A stretch of 64,000 nucleotides of DNA from a virus. The number at the start of each line of letters is the position of its first letter. The first letter of the stretch is position 1. Positions 11,701-20,550 of this stretch are shown here, one piece after another. Location: positions 4,399 to 68,398 of the IMG/VR virus record IMGVR_UViG_3300030382_003905. One strand, 5' to 3'. A program made the translations under genes and the position numbers. The notes beneath the pieces were generated by a model. It worked only from the letters and a program-made list of their open reading frames with translations. It did not search any database and was not told the DNA's origin.

Positions 11701-11746
11701 CGAAATCTATTTCAATCCAGATAACACATGGGTGCTAATAGATTAA
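5765..11746 (+). CDS. long modular tail fibre protein 2
   Basis: 1993 aa; five GSDTDKxLMS repeats, three YLxLxGGTMTG repeats, ATFAG repeats, NVGIG-type fibre motifs. Confidence 0.85.
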   Translation: MANNIFYTNIVPSADNSVDLGTTDSLDFKTLYIRTIDIYNQRVNISSTGTLATFADHTSVGDGIQFSHLGTEILRLGNGSDTSATFAGDIAATSGKLNITSDGSAASGAEIYLKHANNNTTDTIGTIFFGNNADDTLSLIVAETNGANNTSNLKFRTSNAGTLETALTLNADNSATFVGTVDIDTINEIGSDTDKILMSDGGTVKYVTGANLLSYIGGGTGSGNVSNTGTPLNNQVAIWTNATTIEGDADLTFDGTHLTVGTGGSIYSGDDFVLPTLGTSGSPSNHYLMCNNTSTGGGKLYVQAGAGSSGYGGGLILYGHSHASQPGWIKAGISSGSGGKFGVNTQGLGGGTDVFTVDASGVVSITADGSNAATLTESDSGDFTIASTDDLRLDSGGNDIVLRGASSQEFGRLSNDDGNFRIRNITSDKDINIEGNDGGSTITALSLDMSASGYATFYDGATLSGHVIISDAGNGNSPILSVTDTADTEAAWFTSNRAGDTGGYIAIRHLPTTAAESNRTGIKFQAKDDGDVVTTYAAITQYIKDYTGGTEDGYLAFSTIQNATLTEVMRISDNVGIGCTDPTGKLEIQQAQVTTQFDRDCFLRLHPSATTDAGGFTNMFFGTSTTNNYGVAIGGKREGTGDGEPTFAIRMLDDGITGTEVLNINSTGDATFAGSVTIGSIAEVGSDTDKFLMSDSGVVKYVTGANLATYIGAAVGADYLPLAGGTMTGAITMPNNIGITWSTGSIRTESSVLKLVGNNGIQLQDNTQIYFDGGDAPVSLDIHNAGTASGDDAKITFETQAAMDWAIGIDKSDSNSFKISRHQNLGTNDVFSLTTNDATFAGDGDFDGHVSVNKNNTSGVALTIGGESGNGIKTQYIFGGTGQYNWQIGTSTHFSQTLSITPSSATAGTTFTTPILNLDGSNNDATFAGTLTIPSYIYHTSDPSDDTYFGFSANDTFTVYTAGGEGLNIDSNRDVTLTGSLTIPRYLQHAGDTDTYLDFQPDRITLRAGDIEFVDCIEAAQDALTLGGATDIDVTMRGGDGYIFIQGSNGYIGINDITPSYPLDVNANTYITGTLTVSGNTTLSTIPSVGSDTDKFLMSNGGLVSFATGAEVLSYIGAGTGSGSVTSVNATHAGNAFTVGGVPVTSAGTIAVTMAGSSSQYIDGAGNLATSADLPFVDGSGTANKITKWSDTDTVTDSSITDDGTDVNFTSPVIITDSLADYSTPFITLWNDTNGGGAGFEFSDQASSRAQKGYLTFYHSDGMSQGGGASMHLTSTETDFVMVVGGPSTNGRFSVYSGASNAEPDYGFYDDQDTGMLRPEANNLRFVTGGTAALDLNSSQTASFSGKVTIASIASVGSDTDKFLMSNSGDVTFATGAEVLSYIGAAPSSGGAYLPLAGGTMTGDVIYNDNVKIKLGTGGGNSDIYHNGTDMFIRQHTAAGDMHFSADSTGSGGSSTAYFALDGGVVLTRFYKGANFNDDVKLSFGDITVPGDLEIWHDEDNSYITDTGTGSLKVGAANFHLMNADHTEYMMTGTPDEGMILYYNNVVRLTTDGSGVTISSELASGTAKFTDNVYMSGGQLYIGALDSSTDDTYRIYQSSGQFILASRESGTWTTRMDIDTSGHTTFAGTLTVSTIDEVGSDTDKFLMSDSGEVKYVTGANLRSYIGAGTGSGNVSNTGTPVNNQVAIWTDATTVEGSANMTFSGTVLTVTGGTSTEWDTAYTDRFKWNGTSTGLLASTGRTSLGATTIGAAYFMLSNPGAITFPRQNADNTLSSLSASDFRTAIGAGTGSGTVTAVTATSPITSTGGTTPVIAADTAAVTNGGSKLATGDQIYDFVNDNYLALGGGTMTGNIVLSTDAQIELDVTPGSGNASGTIIKIWSTAVTYGMCYALVQSPGPTGGWEDAMSNDDPEYAINLLGIAVGTNSVTHGMLTQGVFYSSGHGFEIGAPLYLADDPGALMNSVPGSGEIARVVGHAISEDEIYFNPDNTWVLID

Positions 11747-11755
11747 ATATAAATT

Positions 11756-12466
11756 ATGGCAACAGTAACAGCGAGTAAATATGGCTATGTAAACGCATCA
11801 AGTGAATTAGGGTGGACGACAGCTCGTAATGCTACCACAGGAAATAGTATTCAAAATCAGTCGACAAGTACAAATACTCTACAAGTTTCAACAAAATATA
11901 CATCAGGAAGTAAAGGGAGTGAATGGTTTGTATCAAGACAGTTTTTAGCATTTAATGTTACAGCTTACCAAACTGGATATACTATAACAGATTTAAAATT
12001 ATATTATTTACCTACTACAAGTACAGCAGGAAGCGGTGGTGCTGGTATGAAAATAGCTCTTGTACAATCAACGGCCCAAGGAAATGCTAATACAAATTTA
12101 GCAGTTGCTGATTTTAATAATTTTGATGATACTGTAGATTATGCTGCCAACGATGGATCTGCAGGTCTTACTTGGCGAGATTTAGCAACTCTACAATCAT
12201 TTGATTTAAATGCTACAGCTATTACCGCAATAACTGGTACAGGGTATCTTAAGATATGTATAATGGAATATTTATATGATTATCCTGATACAGCACCAAC
12301 TCCATTAGATTATAAAGGTTATGCTAATTTTAATACAGTACCTTATTTAAGTTTTACCGCAACTGCTACTGGATACGGGAATGATGTAATAGGTGTTGGA
12401 CATTCAGATATAGGTGAAGTAATTAGTGTAGCATCTGCAGATATATCAGAAGTTATAGGCGTATAA
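11756..12466 (+). CDS. tail fibre-associated protein (possible distal/receptor-binding subunit)
   Basis: Directly follows the long fibre; beta-rich; C-terminal VIGV repeats. Confidence 0.5.
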   Translation: MATVTASKYGYVNASSELGWTTARNATTGNSIQNQSTSTNTLQVSTKYTSGSKGSEWFVSRQFLAFNVTAYQTGYTITDLKLYYLPTTSTAGSGGAGMKIALVQSTAQGNANTNLAVADFNNFDDTVDYAANDGSAGLTWRDLATLQSFDLNATAITAITGTGYLKICIMEYLYDYPDTAPTPLDYKGYANFNTVPYLSFTATATGYGNDVIGVGHSDIGEVISVASADISEVIGV

Positions 12467-12483
12467 TATTAAAAAAAAATCCG

Positions 12484-12491
12484 TATCTTTG
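12484..12491 (+). promoter_or_regulatory. Bacteroidota-type -7 promoter element TATCTTTG
   Basis: Exact TAnnTTTG, intergenic. Confidence 0.6.
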
Positions 12492-12517
12492 TGTTTATTA
12501 ATTTAAAAAAAAATCAA

Positions 12518-12766
12518 ATGAAATTAAGTGAAGAACAATTAAAAGCAGTACAAGACCTACAAAATGAATTTTCTAATAACAAATTACGTTTAGGAGATTT
12601 AGTTTATCAGCAATCTTTCGTGGTTAAAAAAATTGATGAGCTAAAAGATCAATTTGGAACAATGGAAAAAGCTTTAATTGAAGAATTTGGACAAGATTCA
12701 GTTATAGATTTAAAAACAGGGGAAGTCAAACTAAAAGAAGACGTCGAAGAACTTAAAAAAGCATAA
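12518..12766 (+). CDS. small coiled-coil protein (possible fibre assembly chaperone)
   Basis: ATG at 12518 after an A-rich leader preferred over GTG 12491; coiled coil ending IDLKTGEV. Confidence 0.6.
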   Translation: MKLSEEQLKAVQDLQNEFSNNKLRLGDLVYQQSFVVKKIDELKDQFGTMEKALIEEFGQDSVIDLKTGEVKLKEDVEELKKA

Positions 12767-13284
12767 TGTCAAAAATAAGCAACAAAACCGCATACCCAGC
12801 TATCGCTCCAGTTTTAGAGGATTATTTTGTATTAACTGATTCAGACACTGAGTTAGCCACAAAAACATGCACTCTTACTGGTTTAAAGAATTTATTTGAA
12901 GTAGAGGCTAATGATGTAACGGTTTCGGTTTCTGCTGCTAATTTACAAACTCTATTAACTCCATACACTTTAATAGCCGCCCCTGGAGCAGGGAAGGTTA
13001 TTGATGTCTTAAGTATTTTTGCTTATGTAGATGTTGGGGTTACAGCTTTTGATTTTGGACAAGATGTAACAGTACAAACAGGAAGCAATGTTTGGGCTAC
13101 TTATGATAATACTACTTTTATGAACGCTGTTGCAGATGTTATGCAACATGATTCAGTAGCATCCACCGCATGTACAGCTAACTCAGCTTTACAGCTATTA
13201 ACTACAGTTGGAAATGCCACGGTAGGTGATGGAATCCTTAAGGTAAATATTAGATATAGAGTCTTGACATTGTCTACATTTTAA
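12766..13284 (+). CDS. hypothetical virion protein
   Basis: 172-aa ORF, TAATG-coupled to the previous gene. Confidence 0.6.
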   Translation: MSKISNKTAYPAIAPVLEDYFVLTDSDTELATKTCTLTGLKNLFEVEANDVTVSVSAANLQTLLTPYTLIAAPGAGKVIDVLSIFAYVDVGVTAFDFGQDVTVQTGSNVWATYDNTTFMNAVADVMQHDSVASTACTANSALQLLTTVGNATVGDGILKVNIRYRVLTLSTF

Positions 13285-13288
13285 TTAA

Positions 13289-13507
13289 ATGGACATAAGA
13301 AAAATCTCTGTCGGAGCAGACTATAAGTCTGGAGCGATGCATTATATAGTAGGGCAAGAAGTTTTAGGAGGCAACCATAAAATACACCTTATTCAGCAAG
13401 AAAGTCAAGCATTTAAAATTTGGATTATAAAAGGAGAAGAAGTGCTACTTTGGAAAGAATTTAAAACAACAATGCCTGTTTCGTTAGAATATAATATAAA
13501 TTTTTAA
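13289..13507 (+). CDS. conserved phage hypothetical protein
   Basis: IRKISVGADYK..AMHYIVGQ; coupled to the next gene. Confidence 0.65.
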   Translation: MDIRKISVGADYKSGAMHYIVGQEVLGGNHKIHLIQQESQAFKIWIIKGEEVLLWKEFKTTMPVSLEYNINF

Positions 13508-14085
13508 TGCAATCTCCATATTCTTTTATTGTTACACCTGTTAACAATAGGCGGTATGCAAATATAAAAAAAATAGGAGGTGTTGATTTTTTTACCAGCA
13601 CTTCTGAAGAAGACCATACTGCTTCTAACCGATACGCTACTGTAGTATCATTACCAATTAATTATAAAGGGGAAATTAAAAAAGGAGATATTCTTTTAGT
13701 CCATCATAATGTGTTTAAGTTTTATAATGATATGTATGGGCGAAGAAAAAGCGGTAAAAGTTTTTTTAAAGATGATTTGTTTTTTGTTGACTATGATCAG
13801 TTTTTTTTATATCAGCACAACAATGTTTGGAAGGCTCATGATAAATATTGCTTTGTCAAACCTATAAAGATAAAAGAAAAATTTTTAAATTCTGGCAGCA
13901 CGGAAGAGCCTTTAATGGGCACTATAAAATATATAAATAACCAGCTTTTAAAAATGGGATTAAAAGAAGGGGACGAGGTAAGTTTTCAGCCTGAATCAGA
14001 GTATGAGTTTAAAGTGGAAGGAGAAAAGCTTTATAGAATGTTTACTAACAATATAACTTTAAATTTTGGACAACACAAAGCTTAA
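13507..14085 (+). CDS. GroES-like co-chaperonin with two tandem GroES-type domains
   Basis: Two repeats of the pattern (F)hVxP ... K(K/E)GDxV/I; the second ends EFKVEGEKLYRM. Confidence 0.6.
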   Translation: MQSPYSFIVTPVNNRRYANIKKIGGVDFFTSTSEEDHTASNRYATVVSLPINYKGEIKKGDILLVHHNVFKFYNDMYGRRKSGKSFFKDDLFFVDYDQFFLYQHNNVWKAHDKYCFVKPIKIKEKFLNSGSTEEPLMGTIKYINNQLLKMGLKEGDEVSFQPESEYEFKVEGEKLYRMFTNNITLNFGQHKA

Positions 14086-14338
14086 ATTAGAGATTATAAA
14101 AGCAGGAGAATTAGCTGTGGTTCAGCTGATTAAAGTAGCTAAAGAAGATATTATTAAGTATGACAAAGATGATGAGCTTGCGCCTGATAGATTAAAAAAT
14201 GCAGCAGCTACGAAAAAATTAGCAATTTTTGATGCTTTTGAAATACTCAAAAGAATTAGAGAAGAAAAAGATATATTAGAAGGAATTGAAGTAAAAACTA
14301 ATACCCCTAAAGGTTTTGCAGAATCAAGGTCTAAATAG
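14066..14338 (+). CDS. helical protein upstream of TerL (possible small terminase subunit)
   Basis: Position directly before TerL; DRLKNAAATKKLAIFDAFEIL; TTG start. Confidence 0.5.
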   Translation: MDNTKLKLEIIKAGELAVVQLIKVAKEDIIKYDKDDELAPDRLKNAAATKKLAIFDAFEILKRIREEKDILEGIEVKTNTPKGFAESRSK

Positions 14339-16559
14339 AATTTATATTAAAAACAATCATTTAGTGCCTAAATCGGTTAGGGCCACTAAAAATCGTTCAC
14401 ACTCCTGGCAATCAGGATATAATAAAAAATATGATATAGTTGTAATATCTAAGGACGGAACAATTGGTGATATTTATACTATTAGTGGGTTAAGTATAGC
14501 TCTCCCTTTAGCCCCTAAACTTAGCTCTAACTTAAAAAAAGAAAATCAATATTGGAAACCCGAAGTGTTTCCTAAAGAATTAAAAAGAATACAAACTATA
14601 TTTCACTGGCACGAAGCCCCTGGGTTATTTAAATCCAAATGGGTGGATTATATTGAGTCCGAATTTGATAAGCGCGAACAAGGTTATTGGTTTTTAAATA
14701 ATGGTATTCCCACCTATATTACTGGCACGCATTATATGTACCTGCAGTGGACTAAAATTGACGTAGGGCATCCAGATTTTCGTGAAGCAAATAGAATATT
14801 TTATATATTTTGGGAGGCTTGTAAGGTTGACAACAGATCCTTTGGTATATGTTATTTAAAAATAAGACGTTCAGGATTTTCTTTTATGAGCTCATGCGAG
14901 GGAGTAAACAAGGCTACTATATCTAAGGATTCTCGAATAGGAATACTCTCTAAAACAGGAGCTGATGCTAAAAAAATGTTTACCGACAAAGTAGTTCCTA
15001 TTTCTAACAATTATCCTTTTTTCTTTAAACCCATACAAGATGGTATGGATAAACCTAAAACAGAATTAGCATACCGAGTTCCCGCTTCAAAAATTACTAA
15101 AAAAAATATGTATGACATGGGAGAAGAAGAGTTGGAGGGATTAGACACAACTATTGACTGGAAAAATACTTCTGACAATTCTTATGACGGGGAAAAATTA
15201 CAATTACTAATACATGATGAGAGTGGAAAATGGGAAAGGCCTGAAAATATTTTAAATAACTGGGGAGTTACTAAGACTTGTTTAAGATTAGGTAGTAAAA
15301 TTATTGGCAAATGTATGATGGGTTCTACATCTAATGCTTTGGATAAGGGAGGTAATAATTTTAAAAAGCTTTTTGAAGACTCTGATTGTTCACAAAGAAA
15401 TCAAAACGGCCAAACTAAATCAGGTTTATATAATTTGTTTATACCTATGGAATGGAATTTTGAAGGATATATAGATAGATATGGGATGCCTATATTTCAC
15501 TCCCCAGCTAAAAGTGTAAGAGGAATTGATGACGAGGATATATATGTAGGAGCTGTGGATTATTGGACTAATGAGGTGGATTCATTAAGTGAAGATCCTG
15601 ATGCTTTAAATGAGTTTTACAGACAATTCCCTCGAACTGAGTCTCACGCATTTCGTGATGAATCTAAACAATCTCTTTTTAATTTAACTAAAATATACCA
15701 ACAAATCGACTATAATGATTCATTAATTAGAGAGCATTTTGTAACTCAAGGATCGTTTAGGTGGAAGGATGGAGTTAAAGATTCCGAAGTTATTTGGAGT
15801 CCAAATAAAAATGGAAGATTTTTTGTAACTTGGCTACCGAGAAAAGAATTACAAAATCAGGTTATAACAAAGCTCAGCTCAAAGTATCCTGGGAACGAAC
15901 ATTTAGGCTCGTTTGGTTGTGATTCTTACGATATTTCTGGCGTAGTTGTAGGAAAAGGGTCTAACGGATCTTTGCATGGGTTGACCAAATTTAATATGGA
16001 TGAAGCTCCTTCTAATTATTTTTTTTTAGAATATATAGCTCGCCCACAGACAGCAGAAATATTTTTTGAAGAAGTATTGATGGCGTGTATATTTTACGGT
16101 ATGCCGATTTTGTGCGAAAACAATAAACCTCGATTATTGTATCACTTTAAAAATAGAGGATACAGGGGGTTTTGTACGAACAGGCCTGACAAAAGATACA
16201 ATAAACTATCAAAGACAGAACGAGAATTAGGAGGAATCCCTAATACTTCGGAAGATGTAAAGCAATCTCACGCTTCTGCGATTGAATCTTATATAGAAAA
16301 ACATATAGGGTTGGATTTAACAGGAGCTTATAGAGAAAAAGACGATATGGGTGAAATGTATTTTGGAAGAACATTAGAGGATTGGGCAAGATTTGATATT
16401 AATAATAGAACAAAATTTGATGCTTCAATTAGTTCGGGATTAGCAATTATGGCAAATCAAAAACATTTATATACTCCTGTTCAAAAACAATCAAAAATAA
16501 GCGTTAACTTTGCAAGATATAATAACAAAAGTACAGTAAGTCAACTAATTAATAGATGA
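14316..16559 (+). CDS. terL: terminase large subunit
   Basis: Walker A-like LKIRRSGFS, Walker B LLIHDESGKW, nuclease FGCDSYD; start uncertain (TTG). Confidence 0.92.
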   Translation: MQNQGLNRIYIKNNHLVPKSVRATKNRSHSWQSGYNKKYDIVVISKDGTIGDIYTISGLSIALPLAPKLSSNLKKENQYWKPEVFPKELKRIQTIFHWHEAPGLFKSKWVDYIESEFDKREQGYWFLNNGIPTYITGTHYMYLQWTKIDVGHPDFREANRIFYIFWEACKVDNRSFGICYLKIRRSGFSFMSSCEGVNKATISKDSRIGILSKTGADAKKMFTDKVVPISNNYPFFFKPIQDGMDKPKTELAYRVPASKITKKNMYDMGEEELEGLDTTIDWKNTSDNSYDGEKLQLLIHDESGKWERPENILNNWGVTKTCLRLGSKIIGKCMMGSTSNALDKGGNNFKKLFEDSDCSQRNQNGQTKSGLYNLFIPMEWNFEGYIDRYGMPIFHSPAKSVRGIDDEDIYVGAVDYWTNEVDSLSEDPDALNEFYRQFPRTESHAFRDESKQSLFNLTKIYQQIDYNDSLIREHFVTQGSFRWKDGVKDSEVIWSPNKNGRFFVTWLPRKELQNQVITKLSSKYPGNEHLGSFGCDSYDISGVVVGKGSNGSLHGLTKFNMDEAPSNYFFLEYIARPQTAEIFFEEVLMACIFYGMPILCENNKPRLLYHFKNRGYRGFCTNRPDKRYNKLSKTERELGGIPNTSEDVKQSHASAIESYIEKHIGLDLTGAYREKDDMGEMYFGRTLEDWARFDINNRTKFDASISSGLAIMANQKHLYTPVQKQSKISVNFARYNNKSTVSQLINR

Positions 16560-18991
16560 AAGACGTTAAAGTAAATTTACAGTCTGCTGCTTTTCCTGAT
16601 CAATTTGTTTCGGATGCCACTAAAGAAACTTCTGAATACGGGTTACAAGTAGGGCAGGCTATCCAATACGAGTGGTTTAGAAAAGATAGTAATCAATGTA
16701 GATTCTACAGTCAATGGCAACAATTTAACAAGCTTAGGCTTTACGCCAGAGGAGAGCAATCTATAGCTAAATATAAAAATGAATTAGCAATAGATGGAGA
16801 TTTAAGTTATCTTAATTTAGATTGGACGCCTATAGCTATTATCCCTAAATTTATAGACATCGTAGTTAACGGAATGTCAGACAGACTGTTTGACGTCAAG
16901 TGTTATGCCGAGGACGCTTTATCCGCTGAACGTAGAGGTTCGTTTGAGCAAAACGTGAAAGACAATATGGTAGCTGCGCCTTTGTTTAGGCAGATTCAAC
17001 AAGATTTTGGCGTAGAAGTGTTCACAATGGACGAAGATGAAGTTCCAGAAACCGATGAGGAATTGGCTTTATATATGAATATGAAATATAAACCTGCTAT
17101 TGAAATAGCAGCTGAAGAAGCCATCAACACTCTGCTTGCAGAAAACCATTATAACGATATTAGAAAAAGAGTAGACTATGACATTACAACAATAGGAATA
17201 GGCATTACTCGTCATCAATTTCAATTAGGACAAGGAGTAGTGTTAGACTATGTCGATCCAGCTAATGTGGTGTATAGTTATACAGAAGACCCTTATTTTA
17301 AAGATTGTTTTTATTGGGGTGAAATTAAAACTGTTCCAATGACGGAGTTGGTAAAAATAGAACCAAATATTACTAATGAAGATTTAGAGGAGATTTCTAA
17401 ATATAGCCAGGCCTGGTATAATTATTTTAATGTAGCGCAGTTTTATGAAAACAGTATGTTTGCGCGAGACACATGCACCTTGATGTATTTTAATTATAAA
17501 ACCACTAATAGTTTTGTTTATAAAAAGAAGTCTACTCCTGATGGAAATTTTAAAGTAGTTGAAAAAGACGACCAGTTTAACCCTCCCCAAGAAATGATGG
17601 ATGAAGGTAAGTTTGAGAAAGTAGAAAGGAAAATAGATATCTGGTATGACGGAGTAATGGTAATGGGTACAAATATTATGTTAAAATGGGAGAAGTCAAA
17701 AAATATGGTTAGACCTGCAGCAGCAACTCAATACGCTTTACCTAATTATATAGCCTGTGCGCCAAGAATGTATAAAGGAACAATTGAATCTTTATGTAGA
17801 CGAATGATTCCATTTGCCGACTTAATTCAAATGACACACTTAAAAATACAACAAGTATTATCAAGAGTTGTCCCAGATGGTGTTTTTATTGATGCTGACG
17901 GACTTAATGAGGTAGACTTAGGGACGGGTAATGCCTACAACCCTGAAGACGCTCTAAGGCTTTATTTTCAAACAGGTAGTGTAATAGGAAGAAGTTATAC
18001 TCAAGACGGGGAATTTAATAATGCCAGAGTCCCTATTCAACAATTAACTGCATCGAGTGGGGCTAATAAAATGCAAATGTTAATTCAAAACTTTAATTAC
18101 TATTTAGATATGGTACGACAAGTGACTGGGTTAAATGAAGCAAGAGACGGATCGACTCCAGATCCTAATTCTTTAGTTGGTGTTCAGAAATTAGCTGCAT
18201 TAAATTCTAATACAGCTACTCGTCATATATTACAGGGAAGTTTATATATAACTAAGACGATTGCCGAAGCCTTAGCTATTAGAACTGCCGATGTTTTAGA
18301 ATATTCGGATTTTGCCGATGAATTTGCAATGCAGATAGGCAAATATAATGTAAAACTATTAGGGGATATTAAAAACTTATACCTTCATAGTTTTGGAATA
18401 TTTATTGAACTTGCTCCTGACGAAGAGCAAAAGGCGATGCTTGAAGCTAATATTCAGATGGCTTTATCTCAGAAAGATATAAATTTAGAAGATGCTATAG
18501 ATGTTAGAGAAATAAAAAACATTAAAATGGCTAATCAACTATTAAAATTAAAGCGTAAGAAAAAACAAGAAGCAGAGCAAGAGATGAAAATGCAAGAGCA
18601 ACAGATGGCTGCTCACATGCAAATGCAGGCTCAGCAAGCTGAAGCTCAGGCAGATGGTCAGCGTATTCAAATGGAAACTCAAGCTAAAATGCAGTACCGA
18701 CAAGCGGATATTTCTTTTGAAATTGAAAAAATGAAAGCTGAAGCTGCATTAAAAGGGCAGTTAATGCAGGAAGAGTTCCAGTATCAAATGCAGCTAAAAG
18801 GCGTGGAGCAATCGCAATTAGACGCAAGAGAGCAGAAAAAAGAAGACTCAAAAGATTTTAGAACTAAACTCCAAGCCACTCAACAGTCAAAAATGATAGA
18901 GCAGCGTAAGCGTAATTTACCATCTATTAACTTTGAGTCAAACGAGGACAGTTTAGATGGTTTTGATTTAGCGGAATTTGACCCCAGATAA
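16556..18991 (+). CDS. portal protein
   Basis: 811 aa after TerL; IIPKFIDIVVNG, VTGLNEARDG; Q-rich C-terminal coiled coil typical of podoviral portals. Confidence 0.88.
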   Translation: MKDVKVNLQSAAFPDQFVSDATKETSEYGLQVGQAIQYEWFRKDSNQCRFYSQWQQFNKLRLYARGEQSIAKYKNELAIDGDLSYLNLDWTPIAIIPKFIDIVVNGMSDRLFDVKCYAEDALSAERRGSFEQNVKDNMVAAPLFRQIQQDFGVEVFTMDEDEVPETDEELALYMNMKYKPAIEIAAEEAINTLLAENHYNDIRKRVDYDITTIGIGITRHQFQLGQGVVLDYVDPANVVYSYTEDPYFKDCFYWGEIKTVPMTELVKIEPNITNEDLEEISKYSQAWYNYFNVAQFYENSMFARDTCTLMYFNYKTTNSFVYKKKSTPDGNFKVVEKDDQFNPPQEMMDEGKFEKVERKIDIWYDGVMVMGTNIMLKWEKSKNMVRPAAATQYALPNYIACAPRMYKGTIESLCRRMIPFADLIQMTHLKIQQVLSRVVPDGVFIDADGLNEVDLGTGNAYNPEDALRLYFQTGSVIGRSYTQDGEFNNARVPIQQLTASSGANKMQMLIQNFNYYLDMVRQVTGLNEARDGSTPDPNSLVGVQKLAALNSNTATRHILQGSLYITKTIAEALAIRTADVLEYSDFADEFAMQIGKYNVKLLGDIKNLYLHSFGIFIELAPDEEQKAMLEANIQMALSQKDINLEDAIDVREIKNIKMANQLLKLKRKKKQEAEQEMKMQEQQMAAHMQMQAQQAEAQADGQRIQMETQAKMQYRQADISFEIEKMKAEAALKGQLMQEEFQYQMQLKGVEQSQLDAREQKKEDSKDFRTKLQATQQSKMIEQRKRNLPSINFESNEDSLDGFDLAEFDPR

Positions 18992-18993
18992 CA

Positions 18994-19335
18994 ATGTCTC
19001 TTATAAAAAAAAATAGAAAAAGACATGCCCGAAACATCAGAAAAGGAGTAGGCAACAAATTAGCTGATGGAAGAACTGAAACCCATAGAATGGCAGACTA
19101 CGAAGGGGTAAATAAAAAAGGGAAAAAAAGATATTACGCAGCTCCTACTATAACTTTTAACAAAAAAGGGGAAAAACAACCCCAAACTTTTAAAGAAGCT
19201 TTAGAAGCAGGAGAGGTCTATGAATTTAAAAGTAAAAAGAGGGCGGAAAAATTTGCTTGGGGAAGCTGGAAAAAAGGGAAAGACAGAAGACAAGCAATGA
19301 AGCAATATCGTAGTTTTAAGAAAAATAGAGCTTAA
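18994..19335 (+). CDS. basic hypothetical protein
   Basis: 113-aa K/R-rich ORF between portal and scaffold. Confidence 0.65.
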   Translation: MSLIKKNRKRHARNIRKGVGNKLADGRTETHRMADYEGVNKKGKKRYYAAPTITFNKKGEKQPQTFKEALEAGEVYEFKSKKRAEKFAWGSWKKGKDRRQAMKQYRSFKKNRA

Positions 19336-19392
19336 ATTTTAAGCTCAAAATAAATATAATATAATTATTAACTTTGTAAAAAATTTAATCAA

Positions 19393-20520
19393 ATGGATAT
19401 AAAAGTAAAAGAAGTAAGTTTAGTTGAAGAAAAATCTGCCCAAGAAATTGAAGCGGATTTACTAAAAAAACACGAAGAGGAAACGCAAGCGGCTGAACAG
19501 CCTGTAGTTGAAGAGCCTGTAGAAGAAGCTCCTAACACAGAAGAACCTGTAGAGGCCGAAGCACAAGAAAAAACTCCCTCGTCAGAGTTAAATGACGAAG
19601 ACGTTCTTTCATATATTAAAAAAAGATATGATAAAGAAATAGATTCAGTAGATGATTTGTTTACTCAAACCGAGATTAATGAAGATTTACCTGAAGATGT
19701 TTCGGCATATTTTAAGTATAAAAAAGAAACTGGTCGAGGAATAGAAGATTTTGTAGCCTTACAAAAAGACTACACTTCTATGGAAGACGACCAAGTCTTG
19801 GCTAATTATTATGGCGCTACCGAAGATGGGTTAGACGCTATAGATATTCAAGATATTATTGAGGAGAAGTTTATGTTCGATACAGAATTAGATGAACCAA
19901 AAGATATTAAGAAGAAAAAATTAGCCAAAAAACGAGAACTTGCGAAAGCAAAGAAGTTTTTAAATGAACAAAAAGATAAATATAAAGTTCCGCTTGAGTC
20001 AAGTGGGGATGGGTTATCGGAAGATCAGGAAAAAAATCTTAATGCTTATAAGAGTTATAAAGAAGAATCGGAAGCTGTAAATGACATTTTAGCAAAAAGG
20101 CACGATGCTTTTCTTAAAAGAACTAATGAAGTTTTTAACGATGGATTCAAAGGTTTTGAGTACAGCGTAGGAGAAAAGAGTTTTACCTTTAAGCCAGGAG
20201 ATACAGCGGAAGTAAGAAATCGACAATCAGATTTTATGAACTTTGTTTCTAAATTTCAGGACAAAAATGGAGATGTGGTTGATGCAAAAGGATATCATAG
20301 GGCTTTAGCGCCTGCGTTTAATCCTGAAAAATTTGCACAGTTTTTTTACGACCAAGGTGTAGCCAATACTGTTGAAAGTGTAGCTAAGAAGTCTAAAAAC
20401 ATTGATATGGAAGTAAGACCGACTGCTCCAACATACAACAAAGATGGTTTAAAAATCAGAGCTGTAGGAGACACAAGTAGTGGAAGAGGACTCAAAATTA
20501 GAAGTATTAAAAAAGTTTAA
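19393..20520 (+). CDS. capsid scaffolding protein
   Basis: Acidic, helical, directly upstream of MCP; TAACTTTG element just upstream (~19369). Confidence 0.75.
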   Translation: MDIKVKEVSLVEEKSAQEIEADLLKKHEEETQAAEQPVVEEPVEEAPNTEEPVEAEAQEKTPSSELNDEDVLSYIKKRYDKEIDSVDDLFTQTEINEDLPEDVSAYFKYKKETGRGIEDFVALQKDYTSMEDDQVLANYYGATEDGLDAIDIQDIIEEKFMFDTELDEPKDIKKKKLAKKRELAKAKKFLNEQKDKYKVPLESSGDGLSEDQEKNLNAYKSYKEESEAVNDILAKRHDAFLKRTNEVFNDGFKGFEYSVGEKSFTFKPGDTAEVRNRQSDFMNFVSKFQDKNGDVVDAKGYHRALAPAFNPEKFAQFFYDQGVANTVESVAKKSKNIDMEVRPTAPTYNKDGLKIRAVGDTSSGRGLKIRSIKKV

Positions 20521-20550
20521 AAAAATTATTAATTTAAAAAATATAAAATT

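Noticed and set aside
5765-11746. Tail fibre repeats as a diversity-generating retroelement or shufflon
   Set aside because: No reverse transcriptase or invertase in the window; repeats are direct and in-frame, and differences are not adenine-specific
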